Part shown: piece by piece, positions 1 through 9,371 of the stretch
Layout of the letters: every line of letters begins with the position of its first letter
Position numbering within the stretch: position 1 is the first letter of the stretch
Assembly: GCA_050012755.1 (NCBI GenBank)
Contig: JBEKGO010000031.1
Coordinates: forward strand, 1 to 32,360
DNA from: Candidatus Bathyarchaeia archaeon
Lineage (GTDB): Archaea; Thermoproteota; Bathyarchaeia; Bathyarchaeales; Bathycorpusculaceae
Length of the DNA stretch: 32,360 bases
Reading direction: 5' to 3'
The notes under the pieces: generated by a model
What the model saw: only the letters and a program-made list of their open reading frames with translations
What the model was told of the DNA's origin: nothing
The model's database searches: none
Made by a program: the position numbers and the translations under genes

Positions 1-299
1 TTCTTCATACCAGTCAAACGTTCATCAAATTTGTCTTTTTCTTCCGACACCAAGAGGCTTAGGGCGTCAGAGATCGGCGTAGCTCGAACCTCAGCGGGTT
101 TACCCAGTAATCGTTCAACCAAACCCATTTTTTCAAGTGAAGGCAAAAGTCTATAGACATCTTCCCGGCGGACTCTTGAAAACTTTGCTACCTGCCCAAC
201 GGTGGTTTTTTCCAGCTTAAGTATTGCTAAATAGACCCTTGCCTGGTTAAGGGTCAAACCCAAACCTAGCAGTAAGTCAGTGCTTTCGTCTTTAGACAT
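1..299 (-). CDS. TrmB-family HTH transcriptional regulator (3' end runs off the window)
   Basis: Manual translation from ATG at 299: MSKDESTDLLLGLGLTLNQARVYLAILKLEKTTVGQVAKFSRVRREDVYRLLPSLEKMGLVERLLGKP. The LGLT..qARVY.aL...VYR.L..LE..GLV pattern is typical of the TrmB N-terminal wHTH. GGAG lies just upstream. Not in the supplied ORF track. Confidence 0.85.
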   Translation of the reverse strand, partial: MSKDESTDLLLGLGLTLNQARVYLAILKLEKTTVGQVAKFSRVRREDVYRLLPSLEKMGLVERLLGKPAEVRATPISDALSLLVSEEKDKFDERLTGMK

Positions 300-340
300 T
301 CTCCACTCATGCAGTATATGACTAAAGCCATTTAATATAT

Positions 341-877
341 TTATTCAATTGGTATATCACTCTGCTTGATTAAGTAGATATCAGACCCAACTAGTCTCAT
401 ACTAATAGTTTCTTTTTTGAATTTAGTGTACTCTGGAAGTGTAGCCATCTTAACTCCCTTAATGATGATCTCCTTTCCTTCTTTATTCTTCTTTATTTCT
501 TTCTTACATAGATCATAGCCATGTGTACGTGCAAATTCCTTTAGGTATCGATCAAGTATTGGATAGACCTTTCTTACGAGTGCTTTCCTCTCTTTCAGAT
601 CTAGATTACTATAGTTCTCTAATTGGAACACTTTCTCAAGGTTTAATCTATAAGCATTCCTTGACATCTTAGCTACTATCTTTATAGCTGCTGCTAAATT
701 AGAGTATTTAGGTTGTTTTCCTTTCCTGGTAATCTTTATTGATTCCACAGATACGATATCAGAGAATAACTCTTCCTTAAGTTTACTTAGCGCATCTTTA
801 TCTGTAGTGTTATCTGTAGTATTATCTAAAGAGTCAGACTCCGTCTTTTTTTCTTTTCTCTTCTTTATTTTTGACAT
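341..877 (-). CDS. Lysine-rich hypothetical protein (orphan-like, AT-rich DNA)
   Basis: 178-aa open frame in visibly AT-rich sequence. No family motif recognised. Internal 12-bp tandem repeat at 798-827 encodes DNTT-DNTT. Confidence 0.6.
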   Translation of the reverse strand: MSKIKKRKEKKTESDSLDNTTDNTTDKDALSKLKEELFSDIVSVESIKITRKGKQPKYSNLAAAIKIVAKMSRNAYRLNLEKVFQLENYSNLDLKERKALVRKVYPILDRYLKEFARTHGYDLCKKEIKKNKEGKEIIIKGVKMATLPEYTKFKKETISMRLVGSDIYLIKQSDIPIE

Positions 878-1090
878 TTCAAAGCCATAGGATATTATTC
901 CCTATACTTGGTACTTAAGCATATAGATGTGGTCTACATTGCTTATACAACAGATAGAGTATAAAAAGAGACTCAGGATATTTTACTAAACTGCCCGATT
1001 CTGTTGTTATACTACATATCGCGCGCCCAAAACAGAGTGAGTGACTGACAGACAGAGACGGACACGATTCACGTTATATTACTTCTTTTT

Positions 1091-1120
1091 TGGGTTTGGG
1101 GATTAAATTTTAATCCAACC
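1091..1120. repeat. Palindromic dispersed motif, copy A (GGATTAAA-T-TTTAATCC)
   Basis: Perfect 8-bp arms around a 1-bp centre at 1100-1116, preceded by TGGGTTTGG and followed by AACC. Related copies near 8735, 31833 and 32314. Confidence 0.75.
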
Positions 1121-1546
1121 AGCTAATGTTAGACTAATTTCCTCTTGAAACGTTTTTTCTATTTCGTTAAGGCCAACTATAACTTTGTTGGTTAACACGT
1201 TGAATCTTTCGGTTTTATGTTTTCCAAAATTGCTGGTCAGCTTCGTGTTCTCATAAAGTTGTTCCAGCTTTTCCTACGCTAATTGATGCAATCATCTGCA
1301 AGCAAACTTGGTAGTTACGCTTAACCCTGTCAGCATAAACATCTAAGCTACTGCAAAAAAAGAAAAAGGGAAATGTGCGTGGATGACATCACTAGTTATC
1401 ATGAAACCAAACTATAACGCGATTTTTAAAAAATAAATTGCTTCGTTTTTGTTTCCTGAACAATTAGGCATCTTACATAAGACTTTAAACGTTAGTGCAA
1501 CTTTTAAGCAACATATGAAGGTTCATGGGAGAGAGGAGCGCTAAAA

Positions 1547-4500
1547 TTGGACGGGGAAGCTGCCGATTCAGGTGGAAAAAAATTTGGTCCAACATATTCA
1601 GATGGCATTAAGCTTCTTAAGCCAAAAAGCACAACCCCGCATGATCAGTCCATTGAAAAGCTGCCTTCGCTTGACGCGTCTGGAATAGCAGAGTACATCC
1701 GTTTTGACTGTTGCCCCCGATACTTCAAACTCCGCTTTGAAGACTCTGAAGAGAAACATAGGAAATGGCCTGAAGCATTCCATAAGCCACTGAGCCCCTT
1801 ACTGTTTACTGCAGGAAAACAGTTAGAAGAAAAAACGGTGCAAGAGCTAAAGACTAAAGTTGCTGATTACAAGGATTTCACGTGTTATGACCCTAAAAAG
1901 CAGGTTGGTAAATGGGCTGAGGCTTGGCCACAATCGCTCCATGCATTAACTCAAATAGTTGAAAATGCACTTTCCGCCAAAGCAGAGTCAGAGTATAAAC
2001 CAGTTCTGGTTTATCAAGCACCGATGATGGGACATATCGGTTTATGGGAAATCAGAGGTATAGCCGACTTAATCGCAGTGTGGCCAAACAGGGACGGCAA
2101 AGTTAAAGTTCGCATTTTTGAAATAAAATCGTCTTGGAGAGAGCAGACAGCACACCGTATGCAAGTCGCCACATATGTATTACTGCTTACTGAAGCGTTA
2201 GGCGAACTTGCATCTAAAATAGAGTTTGAAGGCGGTGTAATTAACAAAGAATCAGACTTAGAAAAACTTGAACCTCAAGAACTTCCGTCGTTTAGGCTTG
2301 AACCTTTAATCCAAGACATCCAAAGGATGCTAGGCGCAAACGGTGAACTCTATCGAATCCACAAAAAGCCGCTGAAAGAAGTTGAATATCAGCTTTCATG
2401 GCGATGTGATAACTGCGGCTATAACGAGTGCTGCGTCGTTTGCGCTGTTGAAAGCGAAAGTGTTGCCCTGCTGAACTTGACAAGAGGCGAACAAAAGGCT
2501 CTTAGCCAACAAGGAATTCTATGGCTCGAAGACCTCGCACAATTAAAGGCAGTACCTAAACCAGAAGATTTACGCCCATACAACTTCAAAGAAATCCCGG
2601 CCTTAGACCAGCAAAAGGTCCAGTTGCTATCTTCTGACCCGGTAATCGGTGGCAAACTTGACAGATTAATTCAAAGAGCTCAATTCATGCTCGCCACAAT
2701 ACGCCCTAACAGCAAATTTTCCAATAATGTTAGATGGATGCCATGGGTAACAGGCACTGGGTACGGAACTTTGCCAGAGGATAGCCCTCAAGACGGTGTG
2801 GATACATCGCTTTCTTTTAGACCTGACGGCATGCTCCGCGTTTACTTTCATATTCAATGGGATTACCTCTTAAACATTATTTCCATGATTAGCGCCAGAG
2901 TAAGCTGCACAAGATACCATGGGCAATCGATAACTATTTCAAAAATTGTTAACAGCTTGCCCAGGGAACAGAAAGAATGCATAGAAGAAGAGAGAAACCT
3001 TCTGGAAACGTTCTTCACTGAGCTTACTAACGCCATCAATAATGTGGCGGTTGAGGTTGGAAGCCCAGATGAAGCACCAATTCACCTCTACTTCTACACA
3101 AGACAAGAACGAGACCACTTGATGGAAGCTGTACGCCGCCATTCGCTTTACATGACGTCTGCCCATGCAATGCAAGACCTTTTAGGGCTAAGGCAAGCAA
3201 TCGACCAACCCATGTTTTCCATTCTTCAAGACGAAATCATGCTAAGAAAAGCAGTGGGGTACCACAGCACTGGGATTTTGCCTGTTCTCAAACAATGCTG
3301 CTACTTCGGTTCTAACCAATGGACGGTTAATCGGAAAGATGGATCACGGTTAGACCTGCGACAGGCTTTCCGAGATGGCTTCTTTAACTTTGAACTGCCC
3401 TATACACGAAAGCCTTCAGGTTCAATTTCATTCATACTGGGTTCTGATGATGCAAGGCTCAAAGAGGGGTATTATCCTGCAAGAGCACGTTTTGGGAATC
3501 AGATTCCAATCGAATATGTCTGGGGCGCCAAAGGGAGACTTGACATCAAACAAATGGAGGGTCATGAGAGAATAATGGTTGAGAAGCGTTTGTGGTGCGA
3601 TTACCCGCATAACACGCGAAAAATCACCGAAGAAGACCTGATGTTGCTAGGTGAAAAGATTTGTTTGGCTCTTGAATGCATCGAACGCTCTCTTTCTGTA
3701 CGCAATCGTAGATTAGGCAAAAAGCCAATAAACGTTCCAAAAATCACCGAGTTCACTTTAGGATGCTCAACTCTTGAGAGAAGCTGCCGTGAATTCTTAG
3801 ACCTAGAATATTTTGCCAAGCGACAGGAGATGTTTCAACATTATGCTCTGCTTCCATGCCAACGCGTAGCCTCAGGCAGATCAGTGATTTTTGAGTGTTT
3901 GAGCGCCGGAGAGTTTGAACATGATTTTGTGGTTACTGGCAAGCTGATTTATGATGGGCTTGGGTTACCAAAGTCCGAGTGTATAGTTAATGCTTGCAGA
4001 GTCAAAGGATCTGACGATTCTGGCTCTGGGGACTGGATGGTTGCAACCGAAATTAGAATTAACACGCAGGGGCAGTTTGAGGAAACAAACCAAAGGGCGC
4101 CTTCTCATGTAGAAAAATCTGCTCGGGTTATAGTTGAAAAAGTTGATTTACGCAAAATGCAAATAACCCTCAAAGTTGTCAGTTGGCCCAGTGGCAAAAG
4201 TAGACGATATAGCACTTGGCATGATCTTCCAACCACAGACAAAGAAAAAGCCAGCAATAGTAAACATCTGCAGCTCTTCGAACCCGGTCGCAAATACATC
4301 TTGGATAATTTAGCGGATGATATTATTTCAGAGCGGGCGGCAAAATGCCTTGACTATGCAGCTGACAATGAATTGTATTGTTTGCTGGCTGGTTTTTTGG
4401 AAGGAACAAATAAGCCTTCACAGCGCACTGCATTAGCTAAGGAAAAAGCGAGGGTCTTCTTAGAGTGGGCTGAAAATAAGAATCTCCCACCCAAACCGGA

Positions 4501-5971
4501 GCAGAGCCGTTTCGTTGACCACGTTTTTGGTAAGGAACAAGTAGTTATACTTCAAGGTCCTCCAGGCACAGGAAAAACTGTAACCTTGCAGTTAGCGGTG
4601 CTGGCACATATCGCAGCCCATAAGGCAGTCTCTAGATGCCGTGTTTTGATGGTTGCGCCTACACATAAGGCAATTCATGAATTTGTAACCAAACTAGCTA
4701 AGTCTTGGCGAACCTACTGCAAAGAAGGCAACAGCGACTTAGCCGACCTTCGAATTTATCGGGTTCTGAATAACCGTGTTTCCTCATCCAAAGCCATTGA
4801 CGGCATAAAATACGTAAATTACAACGAAGATGAAGAAATAGTTACAGAATTAAAAGATGCCCTGTCAAGCCAAAACAAGCTAGTTCCGAATTCTGGCGAT
4901 GGTTTTCCTTTGGTTTTGTGTGTAACGCCGCCTGGCTTGTATGGTCTCATGAAGAAAATCGGCGGTAAGGAGCCGGCTTGGAACGAAGGCTTCTTTGACT
5001 TACTGGTTGTTGATGAAGCAAGTATGATGCGGCTTCCCGAGTTGATTCTTTCAGGCGCCTTTATTGAGAAGAACGCGCAGATTTTGGTGGCTGGCGACCA
5101 TAGGCAGTTGCCGCCGATTCAAGCGCATAATTGGGAAAGAGAAGATCGTCGCACAATTGAGGAATTGGCTTCATTCCTCTCGGCTATGGATTTTCTTCGG
5201 TTATTACGTCAGGAAGACCTCGGGATTGAACATGTTAAGGTCTTGCATAAAGCGGATATTCCAACCGAACGCTTAAGCGAAACCCATCGATGTCACCAAG
5301 TGGTTGCCAAGTTTCTAAAGGATTGGGTATATCATAAAGATGGGATTGATTTTCGCTCTGATCAAACACAAACTCTACCGTCTGTGGCGTCTTCAACGGA
5401 GGGGTTGAAAGTTGTTTTAGAGCCCGAGAACGTTTTTGTCTTGATTGTGCATAATGATGTTGAGAGTTTTCAGTCAAATTTAGTTGAGGCAGAAATTGTT
5501 GGTGCTCTTGTCCGTAATGTAAAGTCAGAGGATGTTGGAATTGTTACCCCGCATAATGCTCAGCGCGGTGTAGTGAAGAATTTGCTTCTTGACGGCTATG
5601 AAAATGTACGGGTTGACACTGTTGAGCGTTATCAAGGCGGCGAAGGCGATTTCATAATAATATCTTCAACAGTCAGCGACCCTGACTATGTACGTTCAGA
5701 GAGTGACTTTCTGCTTAATCTTAACAGAATTAACGTCGCTATTTCCCGAATGAAAAAGAAACTTGTAATCATTGCAAGCCGATCAATTTTCGAGTTCATG
5801 CCTCAAGACGCTAAAGACTACGATAAAGCCCTGCTGTGGAGAGGCATAGCCCAAACTGTAGGCTTCACTGCAAACTCCAGCCCCAAATGGAAAGGCTCGC
5901 TGACTGATTTTTTGGGGAAAACTGCTCAAGGGGTTGAACTGGAAGTTTACGCTAAATGTAGTAAGATGTAA
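1547..5971 (+). CDS. RecB/Cas4-like PD-(D/E)XK nuclease fused to a Dna2/Upf1-like SF1B helicase (TM0106-like architecture)
   Basis: Nuclease motifs GIADLI, FEIKSS, HRMQVATY. Cys pattern DCCPRY...CDNCGYNECC (iron-staple type). Helicase motifs QGPPGTGKT, APTHKAI, VVDEASM, GDHRQLPP, LSETHRCH, VTPHNAQR, TVERYQGGE, NRINVAISR. TTG start preceded by GAGGAG. Confidence 0.9.
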   Translation: MDGEAADSGGKKFGPTYSDGIKLLKPKSTTPHDQSIEKLPSLDASGIAEYIRFDCCPRYFKLRFEDSEEKHRKWPEAFHKPLSPLLFTAGKQLEEKTVQELKTKVADYKDFTCYDPKKQVGKWAEAWPQSLHALTQIVENALSAKAESEYKPVLVYQAPMMGHIGLWEIRGIADLIAVWPNRDGKVKVRIFEIKSSWREQTAHRMQVATYVLLLTEALGELASKIEFEGGVINKESDLEKLEPQELPSFRLEPLIQDIQRMLGANGELYRIHKKPLKEVEYQLSWRCDNCGYNECCVVCAVESESVALLNLTRGEQKALSQQGILWLEDLAQLKAVPKPEDLRPYNFKEIPALDQQKVQLLSSDPVIGGKLDRLIQRAQFMLATIRPNSKFSNNVRWMPWVTGTGYGTLPEDSPQDGVDTSLSFRPDGMLRVYFHIQWDYLLNIISMISARVSCTRYHGQSITISKIVNSLPREQKECIEEERNLLETFFTELTNAINNVAVEVGSPDEAPIHLYFYTRQERDHLMEAVRRHSLYMTSAHAMQDLLGLRQAIDQPMFSILQDEIMLRKAVGYHSTGILPVLKQCCYFGSNQWTVNRKDGSRLDLRQAFRDGFFNFELPYTRKPSGSISFILGSDDARLKEGYYPARARFGNQIPIEYVWGAKGRLDIKQMEGHERIMVEKRLWCDYPHNTRKITEEDLMLLGEKICLALECIERSLSVRNRRLGKKPINVPKITEFTLGCSTLERSCREFLDLEYFAKRQEMFQHYALLPCQRVASGRSVIFECLSAGEFEHDFVVTGKLIYDGLGLPKSECIVNACRVKGSDDSGSGDWMVATEIRINTQGQFEETNQRAPSHVEKSARVIVEKVDLRKMQITLKVVSWPSGKSRRYSTWHDLPTTDKEKASNSKHLQLFEPGRKYILDNLADDIISERAAKCLDYAADNELYCLLAGFLEGTNKPSQRTALAKEKARVFLEWAENKNLPPKPEQSRFVDHVFGKEQVVILQGPPGTGKTVTLQLAVLAHIAAHKAVSRCRVLMVAPTHKAIHEFVTKLAKSWRTYCKEGNSDLADLRIYRVLNNRVSSSKAIDGIKYVNYNEDEEIVTELKDALSSQNKLVPNSGDGFPLVLCVTPPGLYGLMKKIGGKEPAWNEGFFDLLVVDEASMMRLPELILSGAFIEKNAQILVAGDHRQLPPIQAHNWEREDRRTIEELASFLSAMDFLRLLRQEDLGIEHVKVLHKADIPTERLSETHRCHQVVAKFLKDWVYHKDGIDFRSDQTQTLPSVASSTEGLKVVLEPENVFVLIVHNDVESFQSNLVEAEIVGALVRNVKSEDVGIVTPHNAQRGVVKNLLLDGYENVRVDTVERYQGGEGDFIIISSTVSDPDYVRSESDFLLNLNRINVAISRMKKKLVIIASRSIFEFMPQDAKDYDKALLWRGIAQTVGFTANSSPKWKGSLTDFLGKTAQGVELEVYAKCSKM

Positions 5972-6041
5972 AGCGTATGAGCTTAAAGGCACCCAATAAG
6001 CTTAAAAATAAGAACTAGTAAGAAAGAGCAATGATTTAGCC

Positions 6042-6362
6042 ATGAAAACAGATGTTTTTACACTAACTTTTGTACTAGCAATTGTTGTTGCGGTAATTGC
6101 AGGGGGCGTGGTCTTTCTTGTTGCTCAAAATAATTTAACTAACATACCTTCAATTGAGAGAGGCTTAATAGTTTCAAAAACTGTCGTCAGTGCCAATGAG
6201 AGCGAGATTGGGCTTTCAGACGGAAAAACCTTGCATATTTTGAATAACACACCGCTTTATCTGAGTCTTCAAGAAAATCAAAGCTATGTTTTCAATTGCC
6301 TTTTTAATTATAATACAAAAATGACATTTATCGAAAAAGCCCAGAACGAAACAACTACTTAA
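6042..6362 (+). CDS. Small membrane-anchored/secreted hypothetical protein
   Basis: N-terminal hydrophobic helix (VFTLTFVLAIVVAVIAGGVVFLVA), then a short beta-rich domain with N-x-S/T sequons. Confidence 0.7.
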   Translation: MKTDVFTLTFVLAIVVAVIAGGVVFLVAQNNLTNIPSIERGLIVSKTVVSANESEIGLSDGKTLHILNNTPLYLSLQENQSYVFNCLFNYNTKMTFIEKAQNETTT

Positions 6363-6586
6363 GTTAAAATAACAAAGAAAAAAGATAAGAAGAATTTAGA
6401 TCAGTTTGATTTCGGCTTCTGTGTCATATCTATTAAGCGGTTCAGTTTCACTTCGACGTTTGAAAATGTGTAAAGCGTATTGCCAATGTAGAGCACTCTT
6501 GTTATCCAATTGTTTTGGGTTCTTCATTCAATGTTTAGTCAAGGTCTTTATTTTATGCTAAGCCTGCGAACAAACTGTTCCAACAG

Positions 6587-7036
6587 TTAGAATGGCCTCA
6601 TCGTCCATACACGGTAAGCCTCATACCAAAATATCGCGCAAACAATTACTCCAAAAGACAGGATAAAGAGGTTGTCTCGGGTGAATCCGCTAAACAAAAT
6701 CGTCAAGTACATAATATAAAAAATGGTCGAGAACAAAGCGTAAAAGAAAAATCTTGGAAAAAGCAGTTTCCCAAGTTTCACATAATGGCGAAGCACACCA
6801 ATCTTCACTTCACTAACCAGCGAGTAGTGACCGCCAATTTCATCCTTCTGAACCAAACCTAACTCGCGCAGTTGCTCGAGATGGTGAAAAGCGATGCTGG
6901 GACTACTAAAATGAAGGGCTCGCTGGACTTCACGAACTCCAATTGGTTTTCCCGTCTTCAGAAGCAGCCAGTAAACTCGCCATGCTTTTCCTCGAAGTGC
7001 ATATTCAAGCTGATCTGTTTCGTCGTGTGCATTCAA
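6587..7036 (-). CDS. Winged-HTH transcriptional regulator with two C-terminal TM helices
   Basis: wHTH GKAWRVYWLLL...IGVREVQRALHFSSPSIAFHHLEQLRELGLV, followed by two hydrophobic segments. TTG start. Confidence 0.8.
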   Translation of the reverse strand: MNAHDETDQLEYALRGKAWRVYWLLLKTGKPIGVREVQRALHFSSPSIAFHHLEQLRELGLVQKDEIGGHYSLVSEVKIGVLRHYVKLGKLLFPRFFFYALFSTIFYIMYLTILFSGFTRDNLFILSFGVIVCAIFWYEAYRVWTMRPF

Positions 7037-7080
7037 CCAGTTGAGCCCTCAACGAACATAAAACATTGCAAGCGACATAT

Positions 7081-7150
7081 AAGTCCAACTATTAGATGTT
7101 TTGTTCTAATAAGTAGACGGATAATTAGTTTATTTTAAAACTGTTTGTTG
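7081..7150 (+). repeat. 70-bp degenerate direct repeat, copy 1 (upstream region of the 6587-7036 gene)
   Basis: Ungapped hand alignment with 8761-8830 gives 54/70 identities, including an identical TTGTTCTAATAAG. Contains the inverted pair ATTAGA-N8-TCTAAT. Confidence 0.8.
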
Positions 7151-7337
7151 ATACATTGATTAGTGAAGAGGCTCTTTGTTTGCAAAATAGCTGGGGCACG
7201 AAAAGAAAGACTGGAAACCAAGAAGTGGATAGACCTCTCTTAACGAAAAAGATTGACATAATTATCGGGCATTTCTGTAAAATAATTCTTAATTAGGTGA
7301 CAAAAGCCCTGCGATAATATTCTAACGTTTGTGCCCA

Positions 7338-8531
7338 TCAGAGAAGTTTCAGTTCGCTGAGAAGCTGACCCTTCTCTCGACTGTCCAGCGTTTCCATATT
7401 AACGGGAACAAGAAGAATCGCGCCGCCTTCGACGAATTCGATGTGTTTCTCTGCTAGGAACATGAAGACAGCGTTGAAGCCAAAGCGGGCTACTAGGAAT
7501 TCAAGACCATCTAGAAGAATTGCGCCTACACCAGCCTTAAGGACTTTCGTTATCTCAATGGAAATTTCTTGGAGACTGCTGAGTGCCCTGAATCCCTTTA
7601 TTGGATGCGACGACATCAGAACAATGTCTTCAAGTTTAAGATTATAATTCTTAGTTATTAACTCTGGGTCTTCTCGAATTATGCACTGGATACTAACATT
7701 GCGTTTTTTCAGTTCAGATATGATTTTGAGGCAATTCTGAAGGGAATCAGACAGATAGCATTCCCCGCGATTGATGCCGTTTAGATTGTATGTGAGGTTC
7801 ATCACTTTCTGGTCGAGTACCTTGGTTTTTGTTTTAGGTTTTCGTCTTACAAGGATAACTGCAGCTGTTGCTGGAACAATTACGGCTACCACGATCAAGG
7901 CATAGAAAGCTGGGGTGGGAATCAGGGCTGCTCGATTAGGAATCTCAAAGATATTGGTGTCGATAACCTCGTAACCTAGTGCTGCTTGTTGAAGCCCAGT
8001 GGATTTGTTTGTCCACCACGTTTGCCATTCTAGCGCCATTCCAGAAGCCTTGTCGTAAATAACAGTTAATGTAACAGTACCAATGTTTGCGGGAGCTTGC
8101 TCCGTGAGGACGTTGACAACTCTGCTGACACCCATGTATTTTCTAGTTTCGGTACTATTAACGGCGAAGTTGCCTGGTGGAATCACATCGCCTTCATTCA
8201 TGTTTGCAGGTATGATTGATTTTAGATCGCTATGGGTTTCGTTCGTCGCGCCTGTTTCAAGGTTGTGTACCGTGACCAAAGCGGGAAGGGCTGTTCCGTT
8301 CTTGTATTGACCAGTCGAAAACAAAGTTACATCCTTGCCAGATACAGAAATTACTTCTATCATCTGCCATGAATACGCGTTCGCTATGCCGACTCCGTAG
8401 AAGTTGCCGTATTTTACGTATTGCCCCACTGAAACACCTGGGTTATATTCTACGGCGAAAACTGGACCAACAAACGTCACCAAGAAAACAAGAACTAAAG
8501 CAACTGTACCCCTAAGAGCAGAGTTAAGCGT
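7338..8531 (-). CDS. Membrane protein: extracellular domain + TM helix + C-terminal DUF835-like (degenerate RecA/KaiC-fold) domain
   Basis: C-terminal GAILLDGLEFLVARFGFNAVFMFL...GAILLVPVNMETLDSREKGQLLSE matches the DUF835 pattern. TM ALIVVAVIVPATAAVILVRRK. The frame extends upstream of the tracked TTG (8483) to an ACG at 8531 that completes a signal peptide. Confidence 0.75.
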   Translation of the reverse strand, partial: TLNSALRGTVALVLVFLVTFVGPVFAVEYNPGVSVGQYVKYGNFYGVGIANAYSWQMIEVISVSGKDVTLFSTGQYKNGTALPALVTVHNLETGATNETHSDLKSIIPANMNEGDVIPPGNFAVNSTETRKYMGVSRVVNVLTEQAPANIGTVTLTVIYDKASGMALEWQTWWTNKSTGLQQAALGYEVIDTNIFEIPNRAALIPTPAFYALIVVAVIVPATAAVILVRRKPKTKTKVLDQKVMNLTYNLNGINRGECYLSDSLQNCLKIISELKKRNVSIQCIIREDPELITKNYNLKLEDIVLMSSHPIKGFRALSSLQEISIEITKVLKAGVGAILLDGLEFLVARFGFNAVFMFLAEKHIEFVEGGAILLVPVNMETLDSREKGQLLSELKLL

Positions 8532-8664
8532 GTTTTGTCTCTCCTAATTCGCCCAGAAGATGTTTTCGTATTTATGTTAGTTATTCAGCTTAAAAGATTT
8601 TTCAATATTTTCTTTCATGCCTCAGATGCTCGAACAACTTTGACAAATATTAATGAGATTTAGA

Positions 8665-8697
8665 ACGCCTCAAAAGAGTTAGCATATACTGAGGCGT
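8665..8697. promoter_or_regulatory. Inverted repeat ACGCCTCA-N17-TGAGGCGT in a divergent intergenic region
   Basis: Perfect 8-bp arms at 8665-8672 and 8690-8697. Function unknown. Confidence 0.4.
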
Positions 8698-8734
8698 CCT
8701 TAGCTTAGACTAAATCAGACAACGGTACAAGGTT

Positions 8735-8770
8735 TGGGTTTGGGATTAAAAATTAAATTTTAGTCCAAAC
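8735..8770. repeat. Palindromic dispersed motif, copy B (with internal 7-bp duplication)
   Basis: TGGGTTTGGGATTAAAAATTAAATTTTAGTCCAAAC. Same left flank as copy A. Confidence 0.7.
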
Positions 8771-8830
8771 TTTGTATGGTTTGTTCTAATAAGCGGATGG
8801 ATAGTTAGTTTGTTTCAAAATCTTTTGTTG
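8761..8830 (+). repeat. 70-bp degenerate direct repeat, copy 2
   Basis: 54/70 ungapped identity to 7081-7150, offset exactly 1680 bp. Confidence 0.8.
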
Positions 8831-8948
8831 TTTTTGTTTCTTATTCTTGGTCAAGTATTTATTCTTGATAACTTTCGTGTTTGTAAATATTTTTTGTGAT
8901 AGAATAAGCCATATTAGCCTTAACAATAATCTATGAAGTGGTGCATGG

Positions 8949-9371
8949 ATGTACGAGATCTACATCTATATTCTCATATCTATCGTCTTTGAAAGCGGAG
9001 GAGGCATGCTATATGGCGTCGCCGTTGGATTCAACCCGCTGTTTGTTTTTGCAACGACGGCTACGATAAATATGTTAACTGTTTTTGCTTCCATCTACTT
9101 CATAGATAGATTATTGACCTGGAGAAAAAGCCTGAGAAGTTGGCTTGAAAAAAGAACAGCTAGAGGTCAAAGACTCATTAACAAATATTGTTCGATTGGT
9201 ATAATAGCAGGTGTGTTTGTGCTCTCTCCCATACAGGTAGCAATTATTGGTCGTCTACTGGGAATTCCGTCAAACAAGTTTTATCCTCCATTAGTCGGGG
9301 GGACCGCACTTAGCTCAGTAGTATCTTTGGGAATAGCATTAGGAATATTCAAATTAATACTAAGGTGGTAA
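8949..9371 (+). CDS. Small membrane protein, putative small multidrug export (COG2426-like) family
   Basis: Four hydrophobic segments. Pattern E..GG..YG...G.NP...F......N followed by a basic amphipathic loop and I.KY...G...V..P. Confidence 0.6.
   Translation: MYEIYIYILISIVFESGGGMLYGVAVGFNPLFVFATTATINMLTVFASIYFIDRLLTWRKSLRSWLEKRTARGQRLINKYCSIGIIAGVFVLSPIQVAIIGRLLGIPSNKFYPPLVGGTALSSVVSLGIALGIFKLILRW

Noticed and set aside
1103-1350. Minus-strand protein-like stretch (EKLEQLYENTKL...NEIEKTFQEEISL) as a pseudogene
   Set aside because: 57 codons with no start, two upstream stops and no recognisable family. Cannot be supported without a homology search.
878-1546. Chromosomal replication origin or dif site in the long intergenic region
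   Set aside because: No ORB consensus with a G-string, no cdc6/orc1 neighbour, and the palindrome lacks the 11-6-11 dif layout.
1547-2450. Cas4-like domain as evidence of a CRISPR-Cas locus
   Set aside because: It is fused to an SF1B helicase, with no cas1/cas2 or array nearby.
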